Sequence record: V01123.1
DNA from: a phage
Strand: one strand, 5' to 3'
DNA: 340 nucleotides
Position 1 is the stretch's first letter. Every line of letters starts with the position of its first letter. Shown piece after piece: positions 1-340 of the stretch. The notes under the pieces are model-generated. The model searched no databases. It saw only the letters and a program-made list of their open reading frames with translations, and was not told the origin of the DNA. The position numbers and the translations under genes are program-made.

Positions 1-57
1 CTTCGGCATCGCATGTAGTGGTAATTCTGGTGAGACCGAACGGATTGGTCACGACTG

Positions 58-309
58 TTATGTTGGCAAGTCCGACATCGTTCGCGTTAGCCAGCCCGGT
101 AACTCCTGCTCCGAGCGAAGCCAGCATAGGCACTGGAACTTCGATTCGTGAAGTTCTTTTTGCAACTCCTTGTTGAGTTGTTCGCGCATCCCGTGCAGAT
201 GTTCTTTCGTAAATACGTTCAACAGCTCCGACTGTACGAGAGATTCCCAGATGAGCCACCGCTCCGCACCAGAAGCACCGTATTCCTTCTGAGATAAGTA
301 CATCCTCAT
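58..309 (-). CDS. Hypothetical protein, no recognisable family; predicted soluble and alpha-helical. ATG-to-stop is 83 aa, but this may be the C-terminal part of a longer protein because the frame is open to position 340.
   Basis: Seen in sequence: ATG (complement of 307..309) to TAA (complement of 58..60), the only frame open across most of the window. Upstream in-frame codons 310..340 (PTELLVELRR) contain no stop. Third-position GC is about 64% (54 of 84 codons, hand count) against about 51% overall. The product has varied composition (11 E, 14 L, 7 Q, 4 W, 2 C, 3 H) and an LxxxLxxxL amphipathic stretch (residues 45-53). Against: no Shine-Dalgarno-like motif at proper spacing before the ATG at 309; several rare-type codons (AGG, CTA x2, TTA x2, CGA); plus-strand frame 2 shares the same wobble positions, so the GC3 signal does not settle the strand. 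Confidence 0.45.
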   Translation of the reverse strand: MRMYLSQKEYGASGAERWLIWESLVQSELLNVFTKEHLHGMREQLNKELQKELHESKFQCLCWLRSEQELPGWLTRTMSDLPT

Positions 310-340
310 GCGACGTAGCTCTACGAGTAACTCAGTTGGC

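Noticed and set aside
30-53. Possible hairpin (gtgagacc ... ggtcac) just downstream of the minus-strand stop, considered as an intrinsic terminator
   Set aside because: The stem is short and interrupted (about 4 bp plus a mismatch plus 2 bp), the loop is 9 nt, and no U-rich tract follows on the minus strand. Not a credible rho-independent terminator.
52-235. Direct 7-mer repeat cgactgt at 52..58 and 229..235
   Set aside because: Several 7-mer matches are expected by chance in 340 bp. There is no extended repeat unit, spacer periodicity or flanking inverted repeats, so nothing suggests CRISPR, an IS end or an att site.
152-289. Plus-strand frame 2 open stretch with an internal ATG at 251..253
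   Set aside because: It translates to a Ser/Cys-rich peptide (SSFCNSLLSCSRIPCRCSF...) characteristic of antisense reading of the minus ORF. It lies wholly inside the minus ORF and has no RBS.
313-326. Short imperfect inverted repeat (cgtag-ct-ctacg) upstream of the minus ATG, considered as an operator
   Set aside because: Only 5-bp arms with a non-palindromic centre. This is expected by chance at this length, and there is no adjacent promoter to regulate.
1-340. Screen for tRNA, rRNA, CRISPR array or mobile-element termini
   Set aside because: No cloverleaf-compatible segment, no regularly spaced repeats of 20 bp or more, no long terminal inverted repeats, and no rRNA-like conserved stretches that I recognise.

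Overview
This 340-bp window (about 51% GC by hand count) is dominated by one minus-strand open reading frame (58..309, 83 codons from ATG to TAA) whose frame stays open to the right edge at 340, so it may be the 3' part of a longer gene. Its product is a soluble-looking, Glu/Leu/Gln-rich, probably alpha-helical protein that I cannot assign to any known family from sequence alone. I see no rRNA, tRNA, CRISPR repeats, mobile-element termini, convincing promoter or intrinsic terminator. Two plus-strand frames enter open from the left edge and stop at 149..151 and 174..176, so strand assignment in 58..176 is ambiguous, though I favour the minus strand. Nothing in the window supports calling a multi-gene system: at most it shows one uncharacterised gene or gene fragment, and the flanking genes would be needed to say more.
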